In this document: positions 12,398-24,141 of the stretch, piece by piece
Numbering within the stretch: position 1 is the first letter of the stretch
How the letters are laid out: each line of letters starts with the position of its first letter
Source: Mobula hypostoma
Lineage: Eukaryota
Assembly (NCBI RefSeq): GCF_963921235.1
Contig: NC_086109.1
Coordinates: 30,692,001-30,756,000, forward strand
Length of the DNA: 64,000 nucleotides
Direction of reading: 5' to 3'
Notes under the pieces: model-generated
What the model was told of the DNA's origin: nothing
Seen by the model: the letters and a program-made list of their open reading frames with translations, nothing else
Database searches by the model: none
Program-made: the position numbers and the translations under genes

Positions 12398-14490
12398 GAC
12401 AATAAACCATCAGATATAGGAACAGAATAGGCCATTCGGCCCATCAATTCTGCTCCACCATTCTTTTATGGCAGATGAATTAACCTTCTCAACCCCATTC
12501 TCCAGCCTTCTCCCCATAACCTGACTAATCAACAACCTATCAACTTCCCCTTTAAATATACCCAATGATTTGGACTCCATAGCCATTCGTGGCAATGAAT
12601 ACCACAGATTTACTACCCTCCAGCTAAAGAAATTCCTCCTTATCTCTGTTTTAAATAGGCATCCCTATATTCTGAGGTTGTGCCCTCCGGTCCTAGACTC
12701 CCCGCTGTAGAAAACATCCACTCCACATCTACTCTATCTAGGCCTTTCAATATTCAATAGATTTCAATGAGATCCCCTCTCATTCTTCTAAACTTCAGTG
12801 AGTACAGGCCCAGAGCCATCAAATGCTCCTCATATGTTAACCCTTTTATTCCTGAAATCATCCTTGTGATCTTCTCCTGGATCCTCTCCAATGCCAGCAT
12901 ATTGTTTCTTAAATAAGGGGCCAAATACTGCTCAAAATACTCCCAAGTGCAGTCTTACCGATGCCTTATAAAGCCTTAGCATTATATCCCTGCTTTTTTG
13001 TTCCGGTCCTCTTGAAATGAGTGCTACCATTGCATTTGCCTCCCTTACCACTAACTCAACCTGAAAGTTAACCTTTAGGGTTGAAGGGTTCCTGATGAAG
13101 GGTTTTGGCCCGAAACATTGACTGATCGTTTCCACGGATGCTGCCGGACCTGCTGAGTTCCTCCAGTGTGTTATGAGTGTTGCTTTGACCCCAGTATCTG
13201 CAGAGTATTTTGTGTTAATCTTTAGGGAATCCTGCACAAGGACTCCAAATCCTGTTGCACCTCTGAATTTTGAATTTTCTCCCTGTTTAGAAAATAGCCT
13301 ATGCCCCTATTACAGTCAGTCTTCTATCCATGGTAATATCTTTCCAGTAATCAAAAAATTCCATCAGATTTGTCAGGCAAGATTTTCTCCTTAAGAAAAG
13401 CAGGGTGACTTTGGCCTCCTTAATCATATGCTTTCAAGTACCCCAAGGCCACAGGTTAAGTGGCCTGTATTTTCCTTTTTTCTGCCTTCCTCTGGATTGA
13501 TACTTGCAGTTCTTCAGAACCATTCCTGAATCTAGTGATTCTTGAACGATCATTGCTAACTTCTCCACGATCTCTTCAGCTTCCTCTTTCAGAACCCTGG
13601 GGTGTAGTCCATCTGGTCCAGATAACTTATCTACCTTCAGACCTTTCAGCTTCGTAAGAACCATCTCCTTAGTAATAGCAACTATGCTCACTTCTGACCC
13701 ATAATACTCTCAAATTTCTGGCATACTGCTTGTGTCTTCCACACTGAAGACTGATGCAAAATACTTAAGTTCATCTGCTATTTCTTTGTCCCTCATTACT
13801 GCCACTTGTGTCATTTTCCAGCACTCTGATATCCACTCTTGCCTCTCTTTCACTCTTTATTTATCAGAAAATAAATTTGGTGTCTTTTTTATATTATTGG
13901 CTAGCTTACCTGCATATTTCATATATTCTCTCCTTATTCTTTTAGTTTCCTTTTGTTCATTTTTAAATGTTTCCCAATCTTCTAACTTTCCACTATCTTT
14001 TTCCATATTATATGCCCCCTCTTTGCTTTTATGTTGTTTTTGACTTCCTTTGACAATCACAAATGTGCCATCCTCCCTTTAGAATACTTCATTTTGTTTG
14101 GGATGTATCTATCCTGCACCTTCCAAATTCCTCCCGGAAACTCCAGCTATTGCTGCTCTGCCATCATTCCTGTTAGTAGCCCCCTCCAATTGACTTTGGC
14201 TAGCTCCTCTCTTGTGCCTCTGCAATTCCCTTTACTCCAATGTAATATCTATAGATCTGACTTCAGATTCTTCCTTTCAAATTGTAGAGTGATTTTTTTT
14301 CACTGCCTCCTAAGAGTTCCTTTACCTTAAGCTCTCTAATCAAATCTGGCTCATTACACTGCACCCAATCCAGGATTATATTTCCCTTATGGGCTCAACC
14401 ACAAACTGCTCTAAAAAGGCATCTCTTTATGCATTCTATAAATTCCCTCACTTGGGATCCTGATTTTCCCAATCTACCTGCATACTGAAA
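12398..14490 (-). mobile_element. Degenerate CR1 LINE ORF2 and 3' end (internally deleted)
   Basis: ORF fragments KLKGLKVDKLSGPDGLHPRVLKE, MLRLYKASVRLHL, SLGIFKGEVDRLLI; CR1 3' hairpin GGGCCGAATGGCCT. Confidence 0.9.
13081..13213 (+). mobile_element. Hammerhead-bearing mini-element inserted in CR1, 14-bp TSD
   Basis: CTGATGA-AGGGTTTTGGCCC-GAAACATT-GACTG; TSD GTTAACCTTTAGGG (13067-13080) / GTTAATCTTTAGGG (13214-13227). Confidence 0.85.
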
Positions 14491-16626
14491 ACCCCCATAA
14501 CGGCAGTACATTCTGGGACAGAAATATTTTACCAATATTCTGGGACACATTTGCATAAGGGCTAATTGAAAGTCTCTTAAAAACTAGAGCCAGAGAATTC
14601 CCTGCACTCATGATTTCATGACTGCCAAAAACTCTATATGCTGCAGGAGAGATAGTCACAGAACCAGCCCATACCGAAACCTCACCAAAGGAATTTTGGA
14701 ATGTATTCAGCTCATTCTATTTTATATATTATGGTGTTTAAATATTTTTATAATTACTTTTTTCTGTTATATTTACATTTAAAAATATAATTTAAGTGCA
14801 TCTTTTAAACAATGACAATTTTAGTTTAACATAAATGCTGGTGCATTCTGGTGACGTACAATAAGAACTTTGTATGGCCTACTTCTCATAATCCCTGGGG
14901 ATGATAAAACTAAGAATTGAAAATTAAAATGTAAACCGTTTAAGTCAGCATGCTCTTCTTTCTCTGACTTTTATCTACGGATAAAAAGATGCATTTAGTA
15001 GAAACGTGCAGCAATTTTTATCAATCTCTGTTGCGAGAATAGTAAACTTAATGGCTTGACTTTTGTTGTGGTATGATGTTTACTTGTGATTTTGAAGGCA
15101 CAGAAATCAGTAAGCTCCAGAGATCAATTTCTTCTGTTCTAGTTATAGTTGATTGAGTATGCTCAGGAAAAATGAAATCACCCAGAGATTTATCAGCCAA
15201 TCATATTTAAAAAATATGCGGGTCCATTTTTAATCATCCAGTTTGATAACAGTACATTTTCTTCAAATTGATTGACCAATTTTTTCCTAAATCTCACCAA
15301 ACTTCATCCATTTTAATATTATGAAAATGGAGAAAGATTGCAGATTGCAAGTTATTTCCCATTTAAGTACTTAATGTAATGAAATTTTCTAACCAATGTT
15401 CTTCATGTGCATGTAAACTTTTACTTTTCAGCTCAGCTTTATGACCAATTTCAGCTGTATTGCAGTAGTACCATATTCTGTATATGTTGTCATCTATATC
15501 TATTTCATCTATAATACAAGAAACTCTTTTGCCCGCTCTTGCATCTGAACTACAATGAACCCATCCCTGATTCAATAACTGCTTTCCATATGTGTCTCAA
15601 AGGCAATTTAAAAGGACACCTGCTGTACAATAATTCATAACTATTTACTCTTAGCTGCTTGAGTCCCTGATTATTAGCTATCTAATTCACCACATAGGCT
15701 TCAATCTGGCATTGAGCCCCGTACCTCTAGGGTAAGACAGTGTCAAATCATTTTAATTTTATATGTAAAAATTCTAGACATGAGTGCAATCAGTGAGAAT
15801 GAAACAGATTGAATTATTTTCCTCAGGGTTTTGAACCAACATTTTAGCATGCCTGCTGAGGGGCCATTTAATGAATATTGTCATATGTTAGAAGTCACTT
15901 GAGTTCTAGTTGAGGTAACGCACAGTAGTGATAGCATTTTAGTGTTTGTGATTTTAAATTCTGTGGTTTGAGATTACATTTTAAAGATGTTGTACTGACT
16001 TCCCAAAGGAAACTTCAACCTAGAAATTAAACTTGTTCATGTGACTTGATGGAAAAATATCAACTTAATTGTCTCACACTTTGATGTTCTACATTTTAAA
16101 TCAGGAAACTTGGGATTTAACTGTAAATTGCATGTCTAGCTGCTACTGACTTTCTACTTAGTAATGGCATTCAAAAATTCAATATAATTACACTCAATTG
16201 GCATATTGTCAATCTGTCCATTTCAATTTTCTTATTTAAAGAAAACAATAGAGTGGAGAATTAGGGATACTCGTATTTGTACGTACTCATTCATGTCATT
16301 TCAGGCTGTTGCTAACCTTTCATCAATGTTATGATGAGTGACCTAGAAAACCCCTGTGCAAAATAAACCTGCCTATTTTGGAATGAGATGACTTTACATA
16401 TTGTAGAGAATGGGTACTTGGTGCAATAATTATTTTCTATTTTCTGTACCCAAATGAGATAACTATATGTTGACATGATGGTCCTCTTATTGAAGTTGTC
16501 CTCTAATTCACTTAGTTCCTGTCCAGAGGAGTTACTGGTAGAGCAGCTGCTGTCTAAAGATTTGGTCTCACCTACTGATGATGATCAACCCACCTCAAAT
16601 ACTGTAGCTAGATGCCCACCTGGCTT

Positions 16627-16843
16627 CACACACAAAATGCTGGAGGAAATCAGCAGCTCAGGCAGCATCCATGGAAAAGAGTATGGTCAACATTTTGGGC
16701 CGAGACCCTTCATCAGGATGCTGAGGAAGGGTCTCTGCCCGAAACAGTAACTAAACTCTTTTCCACAGGTGCTGCTATTGAGATCTTCTGGCATTTTGGG
16801 TGTGTTACTTGGATGTCCAGCCTCTGCAGACATTCTCTTGTTT
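16627..16843. mobile_element. Fold-back (head-to-head) pair of hammerhead-bearing Penelope-type repeats
   Basis: GGGCCGAGACCCTTCATCAG-GATG-CTGAGGAAGGGTCTCTGCCCGAAAC centre, with arms that are inverted copies of each other. Confidence 0.85.
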
Positions 16844-16949
16844 GAGATTTGTCTACCTGGTTTTATGATTTACAAAACCCTAAGTCAGAAAAAAATTAGG
16901 GTGGCAATTGAGGTTAATCTGCAGCATTTCTGGTCCTTTTAATAATTTA

Positions 16950-17288
16950 TGGTGGCACAGTAGCACAGCTGTTAGCATAATGCTATAACAACACCAGTAA
17001 TTACCAATCAGTGTTCAATACCTATTGCTACTTGAAAAGAGTTTGTATGTTCTCCCCATGACAATGTGGGTTTCCTCTGGGTGCTCTGGTTTCCTCCCAC
17101 ATTCCAAAGATGTTTTGTCAGTATTAGTAAGTTATGGGTATGCTATGTTGGTTCTGGAAGCATGGAGACACTTGTGACCTTCCCAGCTCAATTCCCTCTG
17201 AATTGATTTCATGAGAATGACACGTTTCATTGAATGGTTCGATGTACATGTGACAGATAAAGCTAATCTGTATCTTCTTTAATCTTTT
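16950..17288 (+). mobile_element. V-SINE with Rex1-like tail
   Basis: tRNA-like head GGTGGCACAGTAGC; V-domain GGGTTTCCTCTGGGTGCTCTGGTTTCCTCCCACATTCCAAAGA; tail GATGTACATGTGACAGATAAAGCTAATCT. Confidence 0.85.
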
Positions 17289-19922
17289 GTAATGAAAGAA
17301 CACAATCCTCTCTTTTATAACCAGTGAACTGAATTCCCAAAGCTGCCTCTGGCCTGCTTATTCAGCATTCAGCTGCAAATATGTTATCTGCTGGCAGTTT
17401 GCCATGACATACCTGCTGGCAACAAAATGAAAACATTAAACCAAATAGGGGGGAATTAGGAAATGGTCAGACGTCTCATGTATTGTGCAAAATGACAAAC
17501 TCCAATGGTGTGGTCCAAGGTATTTTGAAGTTGAAATGACATTGATAAATCTGAGCTCAGTTCATAATAATGTTCCAAACCCAAAAAAGCATTATGCCTT
17601 CAAATTCACTTCACGTGAATGTCATAACTAAACCAGAAATTTTAGAGAATGGTAGACGTTCAGTCCGACATACACAAAGTCATGTATTAACTATATCTTT
17701 ATGAAAAGGAACTGGTACACATTAAAATAAATTTGCCCAACCCACCCTATCCAAAATATAGGGTGAAATCCATTGAATAGCTCTCAAAATCTGCACATAT
17801 ACCAAGAACTATCCCCATCAGAATACCTAGGTCCTAGAATGATAATGATCAATCTTCCAGAAGAATTTCATTTCCTTTGTGGCAATGGACTCGTCAGTTC
17901 AAGGGCTTAGAGCAAATGATCGAAAGTAGGATAGTAAAATCAATGGAATCAGATAGAAGTGTATCATTAAAATCAGCGGAAAAGCACCATTCACCTGATG
18001 TAGTTTCCAGCTGAAATCTATCTCAGTAGACTTGTGATTTATCAGAATTGTGTCAAGGAAAACCAGTACTAAGAAAAAGACAAAAGTCAGATAGTTCAAG
18101 CTAATTCCCACATACATAGGATCATTGGAGCCAATTGGATAGTGAGAAGATTAGTTGAACATCAAAGGAAGATTGAAAAATCAGCTGATTACAGAGAAAG
18201 AGTATTTTGGGGAACAGTGATCATAACTCCTTAAGTTTTCATATTTGCTACAAATAAGCATAAAGCCAAAACTCAGACAAAAGTGCAAAATTGGAGGAAA
18301 GATAATTACAGCAGTATTAGACAGGAGTTGGGAGAATAGTTGGGAAGCAGCTCTTATTGGGCAAGTCCTCATGTGCCAATCATGGGATTTGCTGATCGGA
18401 CTGCTGGTCAGAATGCGAGATCAATATGCTCTTCTGAGGATGAAAGAAAATGAGGCCTTGAATGTGGGTGATTTTGAATGTTTATTCAAAAAGAAAAATG
18501 AAGCATCTGTAAGATTTAGGAAGCTGAAATTAGAAAAGGTCTTTGAGGAATATAAAGGAAGCAGGAGGGCTAAAAGGGATCATGAAATATTCTCGATGAG
18601 TAGAATTAAAGGAAATCCCTTGCTATTTACACATAAATTAAAAACAGAACGGCAATGGGCGAGAGGGTAGACCCAGAGTGGAAAGAATATCTGCCTACAG
18701 CTAATGGAAGTGATGAGGTACTAAGCAAGTACTTCACCAAGAAGGACATGGAAGTTGGTGTGGTTAAGGATAGGCATTTTATTAAGGAGGATAAATTGAG
18801 GCTCCTGGAGAACATTAAGGTGGATAAGTTCTCAGGACCTGAGGGATCATGCTTAGGTTACTGAGAGAGCAGGACAGGAGATTGTTGGCATATTCACATC
18901 TGGGAGCCTAACATCCAATGTGGAGTACAAATTACATTAGGGTGGATGGGATGGCTTTGTAGGTAATAAATGAAATCAAATTCTTTGAAAGAAGTGGCAT
19001 AGGACCAGAAAATGTAAAATACTTGTGGGTAGAGTTTAGACATTGCAAGGGTAGACAGACCCTGATGAGAGTATTATGGAGGCCCTCAAACAGTAGGCAG
19101 GATGTGGAGTACAAATTACAAAGGGAGATGGAAGATGCATGTATAGAGTGCAATGTTACTATACTCATAGGGGATTTCAATATGCAAGTAAATTGGGGAA
19201 ATCAGGTTGGTGCTGGATCTCCAGAGAAGAAATTTGCAGAATGCCCATGAAATGGCTTTTTTTATAGCAGATTGTAGTTGAGCCCAGAATAGAAAATGTA
19301 TTTCTGGATTGGGCGTTGTATAAAGAAACAGAATTGAATAGGTAAAGGAATACTAAGGAGGCAGTGATTATAATATAATGGAATTCTCCCTTCTTTTTGA
19401 GAGGGCGAAACTAAAATCAGCTGTATCAGTATTGCAGTGAAGTAAAGGGAATTTACAGAGGCATGAGAGATGAGCTGGCGAAAGTTGATTGGAAGGATCA
19501 TGAGCAGGATAATGGTGGAGCAGCAATGGCTGGAGTTTCTGACAATAATCCGGAAGATGCAGGATCAGTTCATCCCAAAGAAGAAGCATTTGAAAGGAAG
19601 GATGACGCAACTGTGGCTAACGGGGAAGTCAAAGACAGTACAAAAGCAAACGTGAGGGCATGCAATCTAGCTCATCTAGTGAGAGCTAGAGGATTGGGAA
19701 ACTTTTAGCAAAACAGCAGAAGGCAGCTAAAAAAAGCAATAAGGAGTGAAAAGGTGAAATATGAAGGGAAGCTACCCAATAATATAAAAGAGGATACCAA
19801 ATTCATTACAGACAAGTAAAGAGTAAAAGAAAGGCAAGAGTGGACATCCGACTGCTGAAAAATTACTCTGGAGAGGTAGAAATGGAAGACAGAAATAGTG
19901 GATGAATTGTATAAATATAACT

Positions 19923-20123
19923 TGTGCGTGGAATGAGCTGCCGGCAACAGTGGTAGAGGCAGATACGATAGGGTCTTTTAAGAGACTCCTGGATAGGTAC
20001 ATGGAGCTTAGAAAAATAGAATGCTATGGGTAACCTTAGGTGATTTCTAAAGTACGTACATGTTTGGCACAGCATTGTGGGCTGAAGGGCCTGTATTGTG
20101 CTGCAGGTTTTCTATGTTTCTAT
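19923..20123 (+). mobile_element. Short CR1 3' end nested in older CR1
   Basis: Near-identical to 1296-1506, with (TTTCTATG) tail. Confidence 0.85.
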
Positions 20124-20458
20124 CTGCTATTCACTGTTTTCACTATGGAAGACACCATAGTTAGAAATTCAAGAGTGTTAAGGGACATAAGTGAATGTAT
20201 TTCAAGAGAAGGTGCTTAAGATCTAAAAGGTCTGGACCAGGTGTTCTACACTCCAGGGTTCTGAAAGGGGTAGCTGAAGAGATTGTAAGAGTGATCTTTC
20301 AAGAATCATTCAATTCTAGACCAGTTCTAGAGGATGAGAAAATTGCAAAAACTACTCCACATTTTACGAAAAGTGAAAGGCTAAAGACAGGAAATTATAG
20401 GCTAATTAGCCTGACTTCAGTGGTTAGGAAAATTTTAGAGTCCTTTACTAAAGATGAT

Positions 20459-20663
20459 GGCCCACCAGTGGTGTGGTGGTGTGCACACTGAACTTCGAGG
20501 TAAGTGGTCCCAAGTTCAAATCCGGCCGGTTCCTTGCATTCATTCCACTTGTGCTGGTTGAATGATGAGTCAGCTACTCGGCCTTGTTTACAAAACACAG
20601 GCAAATACTAAATAAACAACAAGGTTGCTGCCCGATGTGCCACAAAGCATGGAGAGGAACAAT
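20459..20663 (+). mobile_element. tRNA-derived SINE inserted into CR1
   Basis: A-box-like TGGTGTGGTGG, B-box AGTTCAAATCC; flanked by imperfect repeat AAAGATGA / AAGGATGA; removing it restores the CR1 ..KDEV.. sequence. Confidence 0.7.
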
Positions 20664-21657
20664 CAAGGATGAGGTTCGGCGTACTTCAAGGCACATGATA
20701 AACTGGGCCAAAATCGCATGGGCCAAATCAGGGGACATTTTGCCTGACATATCTGTTGGAATTCTTGAAGGAAATAACAGGCAAGCTAGAGTCAGTGGAT
20801 GTTGTTTACTAAGATTTTCAGAAGGCCTTGGACAATATGCCACACATGAGGCTGCTACACAAGATAAGAGCAATTGTATTATAGGAAAGATATTAGATTA
20901 GACGGAAGATTGGCTGACTGTCAGAAGGCAAAGTGTTGGACTAAAGAACACCTTTTCTTTTTGGCTGCTGGTAATAGAAGTGTCCTGCAGGGTTTGGTTT
21001 TGGGTCCACTACTTTTCATGTTATATATTAATGATCTGAGTGATAGAATTGATGGCTTTGTGGCCAGGTTTGTGGATGATATAATGACAGGTGGGGCAGC
21101 AGGTAATGTTGAGGAAGCACAGAGTCTGCATAAGCACTTCGTCAGATTAGGAAATTGGGCTAAGAAATGCCAATTGGAATACAGTTTAGGGAAGTGTATG
21201 GTCATGTACTTTGACAGAAGGAATAAAAATGCAAGCTATTTTCTAAACAGGGAGTGTGAATTTAGAAATCAGATGTGCAGAGGAACATGCAAGTCCTAAT
21301 GCAGGATTCCCTGGAGATTAAATTGCAGGTTGAGGCAGTACTAAGGAAAACAACTGCAATGTTAGCATTCATTTCAAGAGGGCTAGAATATATGTGAATG
21401 CTAGAATGTAATTTTGAGGATTTAAAATGCATTTTTCGGGCTGCAGTGGTTGTATTGTGTGCAGCTTAAATCCCTTTTATCTAAGAAAGGATGTGCTAGC
21501 ACTTGAGAGGGTTCAGAGGAGGGTGATGAGAATGATCTCAAAAATTAAGGGTTAACATATGAAGAGTATTTGATGGATCCAGCCCTGTACATACTGGAAC
21601 ACACATCAAAGTTGCTGGTGAACGCAGCAGGCCAAGCAGCATCTGTAGGAAGAGGTG

Positions 21658-21695
21658 CAGTCGACGTTTCAGGCCGAGACCCTTCGTCAGGACGA
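21658..21695 (-). ncRNA. Minimal type I hammerhead ribozyme motif, intact core
   Basis: Minus strand: TCGTC-CTGACGA-AGGGTCTCGGCCT-GAAA-CGTC-GACTG. Confidence 0.8.
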
Positions 21696-21989
21696 ACTGA
21701 AGGAAGAGTGAGTAAGGAATTTGAAAGTTGGAGGGGGAGGGGGAGATCCAAAATGATATGAGAAGACAGGAGGGGGAGGAATAGAGCCAAGAGCTGGACA
21801 GGTGATAGGCAAAAGGGGCTACGAGAGGATCATGGGACAGGAGGTCCGGGAAGAAAGACAAAGGGGGGGGGGACCCAGAGGATGGGCAAGAGGTATATTC
21901 AGAGGGACAGAGGGAGAAAAAGGAGAGTGAGAGAAAGAATGTGTGCATAAAAATAAGTAACAGATGGGGTACGAGGGGGAGGTGGGGCC

Positions 21990-23258
21990 TTAGCAGAAGT
22001 TAGAGAAGTCGATGTTCATGCCATCAGGTTGGAGGCTACCCAGACAGAATATAAGGTGTTGTTCCTCCAACCTGAGTGTGGCTTCATCTTTACAGTAGAG
22101 GAGGCCGTGGATAGACATGTCAGAATGGGAATGGGATGTGGAATTAAAATGTGTGGCCACTGGGAGATCCTGCTTTCTCTGGCGGAAAGAGCGTAGATGT
22201 TCAGCAAAGCGGTCTCCCTGTCTGCGTCGGGTCTTGCCAATATATAAAAGGCCACATCGGGAGCACTGGACGCAGTATATCACCCCAGTCGACTCACAGG
22301 TGAATTGTTGCCTCACCTGGAAGGACTGTTTGGGGCCCTGAATGGTGGTAAGGGAGGAAGTGTAAGGGCATGTGTAGCACTTGTTCCGCTTACACGGATA
22401 AGTGCCAGGAGGGAGATCAGTGGGGAGGGATGGGGAGGACGAATGGACAAGGGAGTTGTGTAGGGAGCGATCCCTGCGGAATGCAGAGAGAGGGTGGGAG
22501 GGAAAGATGTGCTTAGTGGTGGGATCCCGTTGGAGGTGGCGGAAGTTACGGAGAATACGGAGGCTGGTGGGGTGGTAGGTGAGGACCAGGGGAACCCTAT
22601 TCCTAGTGGGGTGGCGGGAGGATGGAGTGAGAACAGATGTACGTGAAATGGGGGAGATGTGTTTAAGAGCAGAGTTGATAGTGGAGGAAGGGAAGCCCCT
22701 TTCTTTAAAAAAGGAAGACATCTCCCTCGTCCTAGAATGAAAAGCCTCATCCTGAGAGCAGATGCGGCGGAGACGGAGGAATTGCGAGAAGGGGATGGCG
22801 TCTTTGCAAGAGACAGGGTGAGAAGAGGAATAGCCCAGATAGCTATGAGAGTCAGTAGGCTTATAGTAGACATCAGTGGATAAGCTGTCTCCAGAGACAG
22901 AGACAGAAAGATCTAGAAAGGGGAGGGAGGTGTCGGAAATGGACCAGGTAAACTTGAGGGCAGGGTGAAAGTTGGAGGCAAAGTTAATAAAGTCAACGAG
23001 CTCAACATGCGTGCAGGAAGCAGAGCCAATGCAGTCGTCGATGTAGCGAAGGAAAAGTGGGGGACAGATACCAGAATAGGCACGGAACATAGATTGTTCC
23101 ACAAACCCAACAAAAAGGCAGGCATAGCTAGGACCCATACGGGTGCCCATAGCTACACCTTTAGTTCGGAGGAAGTGGGAGGAGCCAAAGGAGAAATTAT
23201 TAAGAGTAAGGACTAATTCCGCTAGACGGAGCAGAGTGGTGGTAGAGGGGAACTGATT
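21990..23258 (-). CDS. PLE reverse transcriptase (C-terminal half) + GIY-YIG endonuclease; open but 5'-truncated
   Basis: KGVAMGTRMGPSYA, FLRYIDD, FLDL, YYKPTD, CKRNKCYTC linker, VIYCVQCSRCGLLYIGKT..RFAEH; the frame stays open upstream of the listed ATG to the TSD. Confidence 0.92.
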   Translation of the reverse strand, partial: NQFPSTTTLLRLAELVLTLNNFSFGSSHFLRTKGVAMGTRMGPSYACLFVGFVEQSMFRAYSGICPPLFLRYIDDCIGSASCTHVELVDFINFASNFHPALKFTWSISDTSLPFLDLSVSVSGDSLSTDVYYKPTDSHSYLGYSSSHPVSCKDAIPFSQFLRLRRICSQDEAFHSRTREMSSFFKERGFPSSTINSALKHISPISRTSVLTPSSRHPTRNRVPLVLTYHPTSLRILRNFRHLQRDPTTKHIFPSHPLSAFRRDRSLHNSLVHSSSPSLPTDLPPGTYPCKRNKCYTCPYTSSLTTIQGPKQSFQVRQQFTCESTGVIYCVQCSRCGLLYIGKTRRRQGDRFAEHLRSFRQRKQDLPVATHFNSTSHSHSDMSIHGLLYCKDEATLRLEEQHLIFCLGSLQPDGMNIDFSNFC

Positions 23259-23544
23259 AGGTACATACTGGACATACTGGAGTTTAGAATGAGGGATGAT
23301 CTTATTGAAACCACCTAAAATTGAAAGACCTAGTCAGACTGGACGTGGAGATGATGTTTCCAATAGTAAGAGTGTCTAGATTTAAAGGGCACTGCCTCAG
23401 AATATGAGGGCATCCCTTTAGAACATAGATGAATAGGAATTTCTTTAGCCAGAGGATAGATAATTAGTGCAAATTAGTGCCATGGATGGCAATAAAGGCT
23501 GCATCATTGGGTATATTTAAAACAGAGATTGATTATTTCTTAAT

Positions 23545-24141
23545 GAGAATCAGAAATGCATATCATATATATCCAGGACATATTAAGTTCAATAAGTAGT
23601 GCAAAAAGAGAGCAAAAATATTGAGGTAGTCCATTCAGAAATCTGAAGGTGGAGAGGAAGAAGCTGTTCCTAAAACATTGAGTGCATGTCTTCAGTCTCC
23701 TCTACTCCTCCTTGACGGTAGCAATGAGAAGAGGGCATGTCCTCGGTGAAGGAGATTCTTGAGGAAGGATGCTGCCTTTTTGAAGCATCACCTTTTGAAG
23801 CTGTGGATGCTGTGGAGACTAGTGTCTGTAATGGAGCTGGCTGAATTTGCAGCTTTCTGCAGCTTTTTCCAATCCTGTGCAATGGCCCTTCCATATCAGA
23901 CAGTGATGCAACCAGTTGGAATGTTCTTCACAGTACATATACAGTAGTTAGCTAGAGCCTTAGGTGACATACCAAATCTTCTCAAACTCCCAATGAAGTA
24001 TAGGCACTGTTGTGCCTTCTTTGTAATTATGTCAATATGTTAGGCTCAGGATAGATCTTCGGAGAGGTTAACATCAAGGAACTTGAAACTGCTTAACCTT
24101 TCCACTGCTGACTGCTTCCTGAAGTCCACAATCAATTTCTT
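23545..24141 (-). mobile_element. Rex1/Babar LINE 3' part (continues at 29410-29535, split by the Gypsy element)
   Basis: Minus strand reads ..LIVDFR.. at 24120-24140; the other half ends DQLVEWCHNNNLALNVRKPKD. Confidence 0.85.

Larger units (their letters stand above)
21599..23260 (-). mobile_element. Young 5'-truncated Penelope-like element (PLE) with 12-bp TSD
   Basis: TSD GTACATACTGGA at 21587-21598 and 23261-23272; RT/GIY-YIG ORF, pyrimidine-rich 3' UTR, terminal repeat with hammerhead. Confidence 0.95.
18250..23545 (+). mobile_element. Degenerate CR1 LINE ORF2 block(s) (AP endonuclease to RT to C-terminus) hosting several younger inserts
   Basis: ORF fragments WRPSNS..LIGDFN, GNYRLISLTSVV, QGLVLGPLLF..RFVDD, and LYILEFRMRDDLIET across the Penelope insertion. 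Confidence 0.9.

Noticed and set aside
15363..15575. 70-aa ORF in unique sequence
   Set aside because: Non-ATG start, no recognisable domain, length expected by chance
22117..23216. Overlapping plus-strand and alternate-frame ORFs within the PLE, CR1 and Rex1 copies
   Set aside because: Shadow ORFs of GC-richer TE coding sequence with no recognisable motifs
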